From an uncultured Candidatus Saccharibacteria bacterium (GTDB taxonomy: Bacteria; Patescibacteriota; Minisyncoccia; Phycocordibacterales; Phycocordibacteraceae): a stretch of DNA of 64,000 nucleotides. Of this stretch, positions 50,929-59,988 are shown piece by piece. Where the stretch lies: positions 262,978 through 326,977 of the forward strand of contig CAYMNZ010000001.1 in assembly GCA_964391975.1 (NCBI GenBank), read 5' to 3'. Each line of letters begins with the position of its first letter. Positions within the stretch are counted from its first letter, which is position 1. The position numbers were made by a program, and so were the translations under genes. The notes under the pieces are model-generated. The model worked only from the letters and a program-made list of their open reading frames with translations. It searched no databases and had not been told where the DNA came from.

Positions 50929-51294
50929 ATGAAGATTTACGTTGCCCATTCAAGTGGCTTCGACTTTCAGAAGGAGTTGTACAGCTCAATAAAAAACAGT
51001 GCGGCAGCACAGGAGCACACGTTTATATTTCCGCATGAAAACAGCTCCGAGCCTTTCAACTCGAAAGACCTTTTTGAGAACGAATGCGATCTAGTTCTTG
51101 CGGAAGTTTCGTATCCTTCGACAGGCCTTGGAATCGAGCTAGGGTGGGCGGAAATGCTCGGTATTCCTGTGGTCTGCATATACAAGACTGGCTCTAAAAT
51201 TTCTAATGCACTTACCAAAGTTTCAAAGACGTTTCTTGAGTATGGTGATGAGCAAGAGCTACAGAAGGCGATAGAGAAAGCAGTGAAGGCTTAA
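50929..51294 (+). CDS. nucleoside 2-deoxyribosyltransferase / Rcl-like N-glycosidase (array unit 3)
   Basis: KIYVAH, CDLVLAEVSYPSTGLGIELGWA...IPV. Confidence 0.78.
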   Translation: MKIYVAHSSGFDFQKELYSSIKNSAAAQEHTFIFPHENSSEPFNSKDLFENECDLVLAEVSYPSTGLGIELGWAEMLGIPVVCIYKTGSKISNALTKVSKTFLEYGDEQELQKAIEKAVKA

Positions 51295-51297
51295 AAA

Positions 51298-51324
51298 GGT
51301 TCCAACATCGTCCAGACAGTCAGC
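51298..51324 (+). repeat. inter-cassette repeat copy 3
   Basis: GGTTCCAACATCGTCC-AGACAGTCAGC. Confidence 0.92.
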
Positions 51325-51342
51325 CGATGTTATATTTAACAA

Positions 51343-51543
51343 ATGAAATTAAACACAAAAGACAATCGACACCTGTTCTCAGAAATTGTGTTTCTCCTTG
51401 CGTCTGTTCTAGTCTTCCGGAGCGCATGGCATCTTCTTGATAAGTATCCTCTATTCGATGAACCGCTAATGCTCATCCTTTTGCTTGTGCTGGGCTTAGC
51501 GCTTGCTATACCGTCTATGCGACTTATCATTAAGAACAATTAG
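51343..51543 (+). CDS. small two-TM protein (array unit 4)
   Basis: Two hydrophobic helices; TATATT 6 nt upstream. Confidence 0.7.
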   Translation: MKLNTKDNRHLFSEIVFLLASVLVFRSAWHLLDKYPLFDEPLMLILLLVLGLALAIPSMRLIIKNN

Positions 51544-51549
51544 TAGAAG

Positions 51550-51576
51550 GGTTCCAACATCGTCCCAGACTGCCAC
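51550..51576 (+). repeat. inter-cassette repeat copy 4 (upstream of alaS)
   Basis: GGTTCCAACATCGTCCCAGACTGCCAC. Confidence 0.92.
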
Positions 51577-51596
51577 TTTGTGGTATCTTTCTTCCA

Positions 51597-53504
51597 ATGA
51601 AGGTAGCTGAGGTGCGCAAACGATATCTAGAGTTCTTCAAGGAACGCGAGCACGTGATTATTCCGTCTGCGCCTATCGTCCCCGGCAACGACCCGACGAC
51701 CCTCTTTACCTCCTCGGGTATGCAGCCCCTGTTGCCGTATCTGCTTGGGAAAGACCACCCGGAGGGTAACCGGGTTGTTAACTCCCAGATGAGCTTCCGT
51801 GCGGGAGACATCGAAGAGGTGGGTGACAACCGCCACACCACCTTCTTTGAGATGCTCGGGAACTGGTCCCTTGGTGATTATTTCAAAGCAGAGCAGCTCC
51901 CCTGGGTCTTTGAGTTCCTAACTTCCAAAGAGAAGGGTCTTGGGCTGAATCCTGAGAAGCTCTACGTCACCGTGTTCGCTGGAGATGCGGAATCGGGAAT
52001 GGAATCTGATAAGGAATCGGTAGCGATTTGGCAACGTCTCTACAAAGAAGCGGGAATCGATGCTGATTTTGTTGAAATTGGAACTGAAGAAGACGGCTAC
52101 CAGAAAGGAATGCAGGGCGGCCGCATCTTCTCCTATGGCGCCAAGAAGAATTGGTGGAGCCGCGCAGGAGTTCCAGCAAACATGCCAGCAGGAGAGCCAG
52201 GAGGACCTGATTCCGAGGTCTTCTACGACTTCGGTCTTCCGCACGACCCGAAGTGGGGTACTGAATGCCATCCTAACTGTGACTGTGGACGTTTCGTTGA
52301 AATAGGGAACTCGGTGTTCATGCAGTTTGTGAAGGAAGCAGACGGCTCTTTTACACCACTTCCTAAGATGAACGTGGACTTCGGAGGAGGACTTGAGCGC
52401 ATTGCCTTTGCGGTCCTCAACAACCCGGACATCTTTGCTATCGATGTCTTTGAAAGCGCACGGCGTGCTCTTGAGGCTCGCTCTGGGAAGACGTATGGCA
52501 GTGACGAGGCGACCACTCGTTCCTTCCGCATCATCCTCGACCATATTCGCGCTTCTTCCTTCATGCTTGCTGAAGGGGTGTTGCCCTCCAACACCGAAGC
52601 AGGGTATGTGCTCCGTCGTCTTCTTCGTCGTGCCATTCGTGAGGTAGACCGTCTTGGCATCAAGGAAGCGATTCTTCCTGAAGTTGCTGCAGGCTTTGGA
52701 GATGCGTATGCCGACCACTATCCGCATGTGAAGGCAGCGAGCGCAAAGATTGCAGAGGAGCTTTCTAAGGAAGAAGAGAAGTTCCGAAAGACACTTGCGC
52801 AGGGACTCAAGGAATTTGAGAAACTTAAGGCCGTCTCTGCAGACGATGCTTTCACTCTGTTTACGACCTTTGGCTTCCCAGTTGAACTCACCGAGGAGCT
52901 CGCTAAGGAGCGCAGCATTTCTATAGACATGAAGGCAGTGGAAGCACGCATGAAAGAGCATCAGGACACCTCACGCGCAGGTGGCGCCCAGCGCTTTGCA
53001 GGAGGACTTGCCGACCACGCAGAACAGACGGTGCGCTACCACACCACCCACCACATTCTCCTCAAGGCGCTCCAGATGGTGCTTGGCGACGAGGTGAAGC
53101 AGCGGGGAAGCAACATCACCTCAGAGAGGCTTCGCATCGACTTCGCCTCACCTGGAAAGATGACGGACGAACAGAAGGCGGAAGTGGAGAAGATTGTGAA
53201 CGACACTGTCTATCAGGACCTTCCAGTCACTCGCACCGTTATGCCACGCGAAGACGCTGAGAAGCTTGGCGCTCAGATGGAGTTCGGGGTGAAATACCCA
53301 GACATGGTGTCGGTGTATTCAGTGGGTCCTATACACGCAACACAGGAGAGTCCAGATATTCCAAACGCTTTCTCGCTTGAGTTCTGTGGTGGTCCGCACG
53401 TCACCAACACCAGCGAAATACACGAAGGTGGTAAGAAATTTAAGATACAGAAAGAAGAAGCAGTTGCTGCGGGGATTCGAAGGATAAAAGCCGTTATGGC
53501 ATAG
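51597..53504 (+). CDS. alaS: alanine--tRNA ligase lacking C-Ala domain
   Basis: LFTSSGMQP, HTTFFEMLGNWS.GDYFK, GLER, DHIR, editing HTTHH and CGGPH, ends at GIRRIKA. Confidence 0.96.
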   Translation: MKVAEVRKRYLEFFKEREHVIIPSAPIVPGNDPTTLFTSSGMQPLLPYLLGKDHPEGNRVVNSQMSFRAGDIEEVGDNRHTTFFEMLGNWSLGDYFKAEQLPWVFEFLTSKEKGLGLNPEKLYVTVFAGDAESGMESDKESVAIWQRLYKEAGIDADFVEIGTEEDGYQKGMQGGRIFSYGAKKNWWSRAGVPANMPAGEPGGPDSEVFYDFGLPHDPKWGTECHPNCDCGRFVEIGNSVFMQFVKEADGSFTPLPKMNVDFGGGLERIAFAVLNNPDIFAIDVFESARRALEARSGKTYGSDEATTRSFRIILDHIRASSFMLAEGVLPSNTEAGYVLRRLLRRAIREVDRLGIKEAILPEVAAGFGDAYADHYPHVKAASAKIAEELSKEEEKFRKTLAQGLKEFEKLKAVSADDAFTLFTTFGFPVELTEELAKERSISIDMKAVEARMKEHQDTSRAGGAQRFAGGLADHAEQTVRYHTTHHILLKALQMVLGDEVKQRGSNITSERLRIDFASPGKMTDEQKAEVEKIVNDTVYQDLPVTRTVMPREDAEKLGAQMEFGVKYPDMVSVYSVGPIHATQESPDIPNAFSLEFCGGPHVTNTSEIHEGGKKFKIQKEEAVAAGIRRIKAVMA

Positions 53505-53518
53505 CGTATACTGGAGCT

Positions 53519-54643
53519 ATGGCTCTTTTTGGCCGCTCATCGAAGACCGTCGCTTTAATCGATATCGGCTCCTCCTCAATCGGTGGAGGCTATGCCACCC
53601 TGGACAAAAACGGGGTGCCGCGCCTGCATTACGCTACTCGCGTACCCATTGAACTCCATGACAGGCCAATGATTGCGCTTGATATGTTGAAGGCCCTCGG
53701 CATGCTTGGTAACAAGCTCATCAACGAAGGAGCTCCTCAGCTTCACAAGGTACTCGGCAGCGGGAAAGTGGATACAATTCTCGCCTCTATCGGCTCACCG
53801 TGGCAGGAGACCGCTGTGCGTAGCGAGATTATCGAGAAGATTAAGCCTTTTACGTTTACGAAGGCCATCATGAATGAAGCACTCGCCAATGGTGCCAAGG
53901 TTTCGGAAGGAAGAGTTCCTTCGGGAGAGCTCGTGGTCGCCACGCTTCTTAACGGCTACGAAACCAAAAATCCCTTTGGCAAGCGAGCTCAGCGGGCAGA
54001 GCTCGTGGTCCTCTCCTCGACCATTGATCGCTCCATGGCAGAGGGAATGCGCGACGTGCTCGGGCACCTTTATCACACGCGAGATATTGAAGTCTCTGCG
54101 TTTGCACCTATTGCTTACAGCGTCCTGCGAGACCTCTACCCCCACGAAAAAGATTTCCTGGTCATGCACGTCTCGGGAGAGGCAACTGACCTCGCGCTGG
54201 TGAAGCGAGGCATTCTCGTTGATGTCGCGTCTATCACCTCAGGCGTTAATGGTCTTGAACGGGCAGCCCGCAAAGGGGAGCCACTTTCAATGACCGCTAA
54301 CGGAGATCCAGCTCCAAAGGTTCCCAAGGTACCTGAGAGCAGTTCAGCAAAAAAAGAGTGGTTGGAGTCGCTTGCTACCTGTCTTAAGGATTTCTCAAAG
54401 CGCCGCGCACTCCCGCGAACCGTCTTCCTTCTCGCGGACGAGGAGGCTCGCACCTATCTCACCAAAATTCTTGATGACCAGATGCTTCACTCCCTATGGC
54501 TCTCAGACGAGCCGCTCACGGTTATTCCTTCACTCCCGCAGCATCTCTCTGACCGCATTACCTGCGACGAGGGGTGCGACAAAGACCTCTTCATTTCCAT
54601 GCTTGCCCTCTCGATAGGCAAGGACACGGGTATTGAGGCCTAG
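53519..54643 (+). CDS. hypothetical protein, actin-fold (FtsA/PilM-like)
   Basis: LIDIGSSSIG, LNGY, MHVSGEATD. Confidence 0.6.
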   Translation: MALFGRSSKTVALIDIGSSSIGGGYATLDKNGVPRLHYATRVPIELHDRPMIALDMLKALGMLGNKLINEGAPQLHKVLGSGKVDTILASIGSPWQETAVRSEIIEKIKPFTFTKAIMNEALANGAKVSEGRVPSGELVVATLLNGYETKNPFGKRAQRAELVVLSSTIDRSMAEGMRDVLGHLYHTRDIEVSAFAPIAYSVLRDLYPHEKDFLVMHVSGEATDLALVKRGILVDVASITSGVNGLERAARKGEPLSMTANGDPAPKVPKVPESSSAKKEWLESLATCLKDFSKRRALPRTVFLLADEEARTYLTKILDDQMLHSLWLSDEPLTVIPSLPQHLSDRITCDEGCDKDLFISMLALSIGKDTGIEA

Positions 54644-54712
54644 TCCACACATCAACCCCATAAGCCGGGTGAGTGGTGTACAATTCGGGCATTACCAAGC
54701 TAGCCACGCCCT

Positions 54713-55942
54713 ATGCCGAAGACTATCAATGACATCATCCCGCCATCGCGCCGCCGCGCAATGGAAATGGAAGCAGATTCCGGGATGCCTCCTCCGCCCT
54801 CGCAGCACACGTCTTCCTACGATCGACCTCGTAAGAAGTTCCCGTGGGGACTTGTCATTGCCATTCTTATCATCCTTGCTGTATCCGTAGGAGCGCTCTA
54901 CGCATTTGCAGGTGCACGCGTGGAAGTTGAGCCAACCTCAGGGGATGCATCAATCACTGGAGATTTCATTGCAACCGCTGCGGCAGGCGAGTTGCCTTTC
55001 AGCGTGGTAGCTGTCGACAAGATTGCTAGCAAGAAGGTTGAGGCTGAAAGCACCGAGACCGTTAACGATGCAGCTCAGGGCACCGTCACCGTTTCGAACA
55101 CCTCGGAAGAGATTCAGAAGTTCGTCAAGAACACCCGTTTCGAGACCCCAGACGGCCTTATCTTCAAGGCTCAGGACGCTATTACGGTCCCCGCAGGCTC
55201 CCCAGGGGCTCCAGGCACGGTTAAAATCACGGTATACGCAGAGTCTGCAGGCGATAAGTACAATGTTGGCCCCACCTCCTTCACCCTCCCAGGTCTTGCG
55301 AGCTCCGACCTTGGCACGCAGGTAACCGGTAAGTCAGAGGAAGCGATGAGCGGCGGATTCTCCGGCACACGTCCTTCAGTCTCTGAAGCAACGCGCGAGA
55401 AGGAGTACCCAGCGATGGAGAAGTCACTCACTGAAGAACTTGAGACGATGGTAGAGGCACAGGTACCACAAGGCTACGTACTCATTCCTGGTTCAATCTT
55501 CACGACCTTCACGCCGCAGCCTGACACCTCGAGCGCTGCAGGATCTGTTGAAGTGCGACTCAAGGGAACTGCAACTGCAGTTATCTTCCCTGAAGGTCAG
55601 TTGGCCGCTGCGATTGCCGCACGTTCGCTTGGTGTGTACGGCGGTGAGGCAGTGAAGCTCGCCGATGCTGATGAGCTTACCCTCACCGCAACGACGGCTC
55701 CTACTGACACTGAGTTTGCGTTCACACTTTCTGGTTCAACAACGATTCTGTGGGTGGTCGACCCCTCTCGTATCGCTGAGGCAGTGGCAGGGAAGAAGCG
55801 AGATGCCGCCCAGGTCATCCTTGCAGGCTACCCGGAGGTGGAGAAGGCGGTCCTCGTACTTCGTCCCTTCTGGGCAAGTACCTTCCCAGCTGACCCAGCA
55901 GAGATAACGGTTACGGTCGCAGGGGAAGAAGCGCCTAAGTAG
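54713..55942 (+). CDS. single-TM protein with baseplate-J-like beta-rich ectodomain
   Basis: DIIPP, TM helix, AQGTVTVSN...TRFETPDGLIF...VYAESAGDKYNV...SGG. Confidence 0.6.
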   Translation: MPKTINDIIPPSRRRAMEMEADSGMPPPPSQHTSSYDRPRKKFPWGLVIAILIILAVSVGALYAFAGARVEVEPTSGDASITGDFIATAAAGELPFSVVAVDKIASKKVEAESTETVNDAAQGTVTVSNTSEEIQKFVKNTRFETPDGLIFKAQDAITVPAGSPGAPGTVKITVYAESAGDKYNVGPTSFTLPGLASSDLGTQVTGKSEEAMSGGFSGTRPSVSEATREKEYPAMEKSLTEELETMVEAQVPQGYVLIPGSIFTTFTPQPDTSSAAGSVEVRLKGTATAVIFPEGQLAAAIAARSLGVYGGEAVKLADADELTLTATTAPTDTEFAFTLSGSTTILWVVDPSRIAEAVAGKKRDAAQVILAGYPEVEKAVLVLRPFWASTFPADPAEITVTVAGEEAPK

Positions 55943-55960
55943 GCCTTTCCACAGCCCAGG

Positions 55961-55989
55961 TTGACCTTATAGGGCCTATTTGTTAGAGT
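55961..55989 (+). promoter_or_regulatory. sigma70 promoter of infA/alpha operon
   Basis: TTGACC-17 nt-TAGAGT with extended TG. Confidence 0.65.
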
Positions 55990-56003
55990 CTCTAGGCTAC
56001 ACG

Positions 56004-56216
56004 ATGGAAGAAAGCAAAGAGCCTGTCACAGGCACCGTTGAAGAGGTGCTTCCTAATTCGTTATTTCGAGTAAGGATGGAAACAGGGGACCTTTTGCTCG
56101 CTTACCTTGCGGGTAAGATGCGATTGCATCGCATTCGCGTTCTTGTAGGGGACAAGGTGGAACTTATCACCGACCCTTATGGAGGACGTGCCCGCATCGT
56201 GAGGCGCCTTACCTAA
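56004..56216 (+). CDS. infA: translation initiation factor IF-1
   Basis: [29 protein letters not shown]. Confidence 0.96.
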   Translation: MEESKEPVTGTVEEVLPNSLFRVRMETGDLLLAYLAGKMRLHRIRVLVGDKVELITDPYGGRARIVRRLT

Positions 56217-56221
56217 AACGC

Positions 56222-56338
56222 ATGAAAGTACGCGCATCAATTAAGAAGCAACAGCCTGGCGACATTATTGTCCGCAGGCAGGGTCGCCTCTATCGTATCA
56301 ACAAGCGTAATCCGCGCCGCAAGGCACGACAGGGCTAA
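56222..56338 (+). CDS. rpmJ: 50S ribosomal protein L36 (Cys-free); not in ORF track
   Basis: Manual translation [38 protein letters not shown]. Confidence 0.95.
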   Translation: MKVRASIKKQQPGDIIVRRQGRLYRINKRNPRRKARQG

Positions 56339-56365
56339 CGTTTTTAGTACATAAATTTATTTAGC

Positions 56366-56746
56366 ATGCGTATCGCAGGCGTCACCATTCCCGACAACAA
56401 GCATCTCATCCATGCGCTGCCGCTTATCTTCGGCATCGGGCCTACGCGCGCGCGCGACATTTTGAAGAAGGTGAAGATTGCAGAGAACAAGACCGGCAAG
56501 GACCTCTCTCCTGACGAGGAGCAGGCAATTCGCGTTGAGGCTGAGTCCTACCTTATTGAAGGCGAGCTCCGCCGCGAGGTCTCTCAGAACGTGAAGCGCT
56601 TGAAGGACATTGGAGCTGCTCGTGGTGTGCGCCACGCTCGCCGCCTCCCAGTTAAGGGCCAGAGGACGAAGACCAACTCCCGTACGGTTCGCGGTAACAC
56701 CCGCAAGACCATGGGTTCGGGTCGTCGTACGCTTGAGAAAACATAA
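56366..56746 (+). CDS. rpsM: 30S ribosomal protein S13
   Basis: RIAGV, IFGIG, LPVKGQRTKTNSRT. Confidence 0.97.
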   Translation: MRIAGVTIPDNKHLIHALPLIFGIGPTRARDILKKVKIAENKTGKDLSPDEEQAIRVEAESYLIEGELRREVSQNVKRLKDIGAARGVRHARRLPVKGQRTKTNSRTVRGNTRKTMGSGRRTLEKT

Positions 56747-56748
56747 TT

Positions 56749-57183
56749 ATGGGAAAGAAACGAATCATCAAGAAGAGCGGACGCGGACTCGACCAGGGTC
56801 GCAAGGAGCGTGCCCTCGCCAAGAGTGCAAAGCGCCGCATGGAGAAGGGCATCCTTCACGTCGAGGCTACCTTCAACAACACGAAGGCAGTTCTTACCGA
56901 CGAGAAGGGCAATGTCGTTATGTCGTCCTCTGCAGGCGCACTCGGTTTCTCCGGTGCTCGCAAGTCCACCCCCTACGCAGCTGCAAAGGTGGGCGAGCTC
57001 CTCGGCGACAAGGCACTTGCCATTGGTCTTAAGGAAGCATCTGTCATCATCCGCGGCATCGGCGCAGGACGTGAGTCAGCGCTTCGCGCATTTGCCGGAA
57101 AGGGCATTGGTATTAAGGCAATCAAGGACCAGACCCCCGTTCCTCACAACGGCCCTCGTCCTCCTAAGGCACGCCGCGTATAA
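56749..57183 (+). CDS. rpsK: 30S ribosomal protein S11
   Basis: ATFNNT, RKSTPYAA, TPVPHNG.RPPK.RRV. Confidence 0.97.
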   Translation: MGKKRIIKKSGRGLDQGRKERALAKSAKRRMEKGILHVEATFNNTKAVLTDEKGNVVMSSSAGALGFSGARKSTPYAAAKVGELLGDKALAIGLKEASVIIRGIGAGRESALRAFAGKGIGIKAIKDQTPVPHNGPRPPKARRV

Positions 57184-57189
57184 ACCCAT

Positions 57190-57804
57190 ATGAAAATCGG
57201 ACCTAAGTACAAAATTGCCAAGCGTCTCGGCCCAATCTTCGAGAAGACGCAGACTCAGAAGTTTGCTGTTGCGCAGGAGCGCAGTGCGGCAAACAAGAAG
57301 CGTGGACGCGGACGCCCAGGAGGCACCGAGTACGGCAAGCAGCTTCTTGAGAAGCAGAAGGTGCGCCTTACCTACGGACTCTCTGAGCGCCAGTTCTCCA
57401 ACTACGTGAAGGAGGCTTTGGTCGCAAAGGGTGCAACGCCTATTGATACGCTTCACCGCCTTCTTGAGACGCGTCTTGATAACGTCGTCTACCGCATTGG
57501 ACTTGCTCCAACGCGCCGTGCTGCTCGCCAGATGGTCTCTCACGGCCACATTACGGTGAACGGTACGAAGACCACCATTCCTTCCCGCCGCGTGTTCCTC
57601 ACGGACCGCATTGGGGTACGTGCAGGCAGCAAGAATGCAAAGTACTTCGAGAACTTCGCTGAGAAGTTCGCGGAGCGTCCTCTTCCATCTTGGGTTTCTT
57701 GGAATCCCAAGGACATGGAGGGCGGCATGACGGAGCTTCCGAACGCACAGAATGCGCCGGTAGCAGGTGACTTCATTGTCATTCTGTCGTTCTACAGCCG
57801 TTAA
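57190..57804 (+). CDS. rpsD: 30S ribosomal protein S4 (Cys-free)
   Basis: QLLEKQK, LE.RLDNVVYR, ARQMVSHGHI.VNG. Confidence 0.97.
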   Translation: MKIGPKYKIAKRLGPIFEKTQTQKFAVAQERSAANKKRGRGRPGGTEYGKQLLEKQKVRLTYGLSERQFSNYVKEALVAKGATPIDTLHRLLETRLDNVVYRIGLAPTRRAARQMVSHGHITVNGTKTTIPSRRVFLTDRIGVRAGSKNAKYFENFAEKFAERPLPSWVSWNPKDMEGGMTELPNAQNAPVAGDFIVILSFYSR

Positions 57805-57835
57805 TTTTATTCAACTAGGTAATTACGATTGAGTT

Positions 57836-58771
57836 ATGGAATACCACATCACACTTCCTTCTAAGCCGCGTGTTGTCTCGGAAGAGGGCCTTCAGGGCAC
57901 CTACGAGATTGATTCGCTTTACCCAGGCTACGGCCATACGCTCGGCAACTCACTCCGCCGCATCATCCTTTCGTCTCTTTCAGGCGCAACGGTGACTTCG
58001 GTCAAGATTGAGGACGTCCAGCACGAGTTCGCCACCATCGAGGGCGTTCGCGAGTCCGTCATGGAGATTCTTTTGAACCTTAAGCGCGTGCACTTCGTCC
58101 TCCAGGGCGATGAGCCACAGATTGTGCGCCTCTCCGTAAAGGGCCCTAAGCAGGTGACTGCAGGGGATTTCACCCTTCCGTCCCAGGTTCAGGTCATGAA
58201 CCCTGACGTTCACATTGCTGATATTGCTGGCAAGATTGGTCTCGAGCTCGAGGCTACAATTGAACGCGGACTTGGTTACGTTCCCCGCGAGCAGCTCACT
58301 AAGGAGAAGGTAGACATTGGCACCATTGCCCTTGATGCAACCTTCACTCCAATTCGCCGCGTGAACTACGAAGTAGAGAACATGCGCGTTGGTGACCGCA
58401 CTGACTTCAACCGCCTCAAGATTCTTATTGAGACCAACGGAACGATTTCTCCCCGCGAGGCACTTGAGAAGTCTATTGAGATTATGATTCACCAGCTCAA
58501 GGCCGTCGTCGGTTTCCAGGAGGAGACTGAAGAGGAGGAGGCTATGGGTGGTGCAGCTGAGAAGAAAGACAGCTCGAAGGTAAAGGTTGCTGACCTTGGC
58601 CTCTCCGCCCGCATCGTCTCAGCACTCGAGGAGGCAGGTATTAAGAGCGGCGCAGGACTTGCTCGCAAGACCGCATCGTCTCTTAAGGAGCTCGATGGCA
58701 TCGGCGACAAGGCAGTCGAGGAAATCTCGGAGGCACTTGCCGGCTACGGCCTCACCCTCAAGGGCGAATAA
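57836..58771 (+). CDS. rpoA: RNA polymerase alpha subunit
   Basis: GYGHTLGNSLRRIILSS, HEF.TIEGVRE, RVGDRTD, alpha-CTD. Confidence 0.97.
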   Translation: MEYHITLPSKPRVVSEEGLQGTYEIDSLYPGYGHTLGNSLRRIILSSLSGATVTSVKIEDVQHEFATIEGVRESVMEILLNLKRVHFVLQGDEPQIVRLSVKGPKQVTAGDFTLPSQVQVMNPDVHIADIAGKIGLELEATIERGLGYVPREQLTKEKVDIGTIALDATFTPIRRVNYEVENMRVGDRTDFNRLKILIETNGTISPREALEKSIEIMIHQLKAVVGFQEETEEEEAMGGAAEKKDSSKVKVADLGLSARIVSALEEAGIKSGAGLARKTASSLKELDGIGDKAVEEISEALAGYGLTLKGE

Positions 58772-58776
58772 CATCT

Positions 58777-59127
58777 ATGGCTCACGCAAACAAAGCACGC
58801 TCGTTCGGACGCTCTCACGACCAGAAGGCCGCACTCATGAAGTCCCTCATGCGCTCTTTGGTCATACACGAGCGCATCTCGACCACCGAGGCAAAGGCTC
58901 GTGAGCTCCGTCCAATGATTGAGAAGATGGTGACCCGCGCAAAGACTGACACGGTTGCTAACCGCCGCCTTGTTGCTTCCCGCATTGGGGACGCTGTTGC
59001 AGTGAAGAAGCTCTTCACCGCCATTGGTCCTCGCTACAAGGGTCGCGCAGGAGGCTACACACGTATCGTGAAGCGCCCGATGGGTCCTACCGGACGTAAG
59101 GAGGCGTACATCGCATTCGTCGACTAA
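58777..59127 (+). CDS. rplQ: 50S ribosomal protein L17
   Basis: I.TTEAKA, GGYTRIVK. Confidence 0.96.
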   Translation: MAHANKARSFGRSHDQKAALMKSLMRSLVIHERISTTEAKARELRPMIEKMVTRAKTDTVANRRLVASRIGDAVAVKKLFTAIGPRYKGRAGGYTRIVKRPMGPTGRKEAYIAFVD

Positions 59128-59136
59128 TACATCGTT

Positions 59137-59541
59137 ATGACATCTATTCGAATGCACAAGGATTTGAGGAACCGCGTCGACCACAAGGTCGCTCCGGTTG
59201 AGTACACTGTGGACGCAAAGGGCCGCACCCTTGGCCGTGTTGCCAGCGAAGCTTCCCACGCACTTCTTGGAAAGAGGAGCGTGCACTTTGTGAAGAACAA
59301 GGTACTCCCAGTTACGGTCACGATAGTTAACGCCAAGAAGCTACTCATCCGTGAGAAGCAGCTCAAGGAGAAGACCTTCCGCCGCTACACTGGCTACCCA
59401 GGAGGACTCCGTGAGGCTAACCTTGGTGAGTTGATTGAGAAGAAGGGTATTGCTGAGGTCGTCCGCAGGACGGTTGATGGTATGCTTCCTCGCAACAAGC
59501 TCCGCAAGGAACGCATGAAGCGCCTCATTGTCACTGATTAA
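59137..59541 (+). CDS. rplM: 50S ribosomal protein L13 (short C-terminus)
   Basis: VDAKG.TLGRVAS, YTGYPGGL, GMLP.NKL. Confidence 0.94.
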   Translation: MTSIRMHKDLRNRVDHKVAPVEYTVDAKGRTLGRVASEASHALLGKRSVHFVKNKVLPVTVTIVNAKKLLIREKQLKEKTFRRYTGYPGGLREANLGELIEKKGIAEVVRRTVDGMLPRNKLRKERMKRLIVTD

Positions 59542-59545
59542 TACT

Positions 59546-59944
59546 ATGCCTGAACTTACTTACACCACTGCTGTCGGCCGTCGCAAGACCGCCACCGCCC
59601 GCGTAAAGCTCACCCCAGCTGCGAAGACGACGATTGTCGTCAACAACAAGCCGGGAGATGAGTACTTCAACACTGGCGAGAGGCGCCAGACTGCGAAGGA
59701 AGCGCTTAACATCGAAGGCGTCGAGGGCAACTTCGAGATTGTCGCGAAGGTCTCTGGAGGCGGCATCAACGCCCAGTCCGAGGCAGTCCGCATGGCAGTT
59801 GCTCGTGCACTTGAGAAGCGGGACGCAGGTCTTCGCAAGAACCTCAAGGCAGCAGGCTTCCTCAAGCGTGACCCACGTTCGGTGGAGCGCAAGAAGCCAG
59901 GACTCTTGAAGGCTCGCAAGCGACCATCTTGGTCGAAGCGTTAG
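59546..59944 (+). CDS. rpsI: 30S ribosomal protein S9
   Basis: GRRKTATARV, GGG, RDPR.VERKKPG..KARK...WSKR. Confidence 0.97.
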   Translation: MPELTYTTAVGRRKTATARVKLTPAAKTTIVVNNKPGDEYFNTGERRQTAKEALNIEGVEGNFEIVAKVSGGGINAQSEAVRMAVARALEKRDAGLRKNLKAAGFLKRDPRSVERKKPGLLKARKRPSWSKR

Positions 59945-59947
59945 ATT

Positions 59948-59974
59948 CAAAAACCCGCCCAAAGGCGGGTTTTG
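59948..59974 (+). terminator. intrinsic terminator of ribosomal operon
   Basis: AAAACCCGCC-CAAA-GGCGGGTTTT. Confidence 0.9.
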
Positions 59975-59988
59975 TGTATACTGAACAC

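Noticed and set aside
50460-51576. CRISPR array interpretation of the 28-bp repeats
   Set aside because: Spacers are 225-390 bp and each is a whole ORF with a promoter; no cas operon is present.
50460-51576. Xer/dif (pdif) sites
   Set aside because: The length fits, but there is no XerD arm (TTATGTTAAAT) and no 11-6-11 dyad symmetry.
54713-55942. Prophage or contractile injection system
   Set aside because: No other tail, sheath or capsid genes; housekeeping context.
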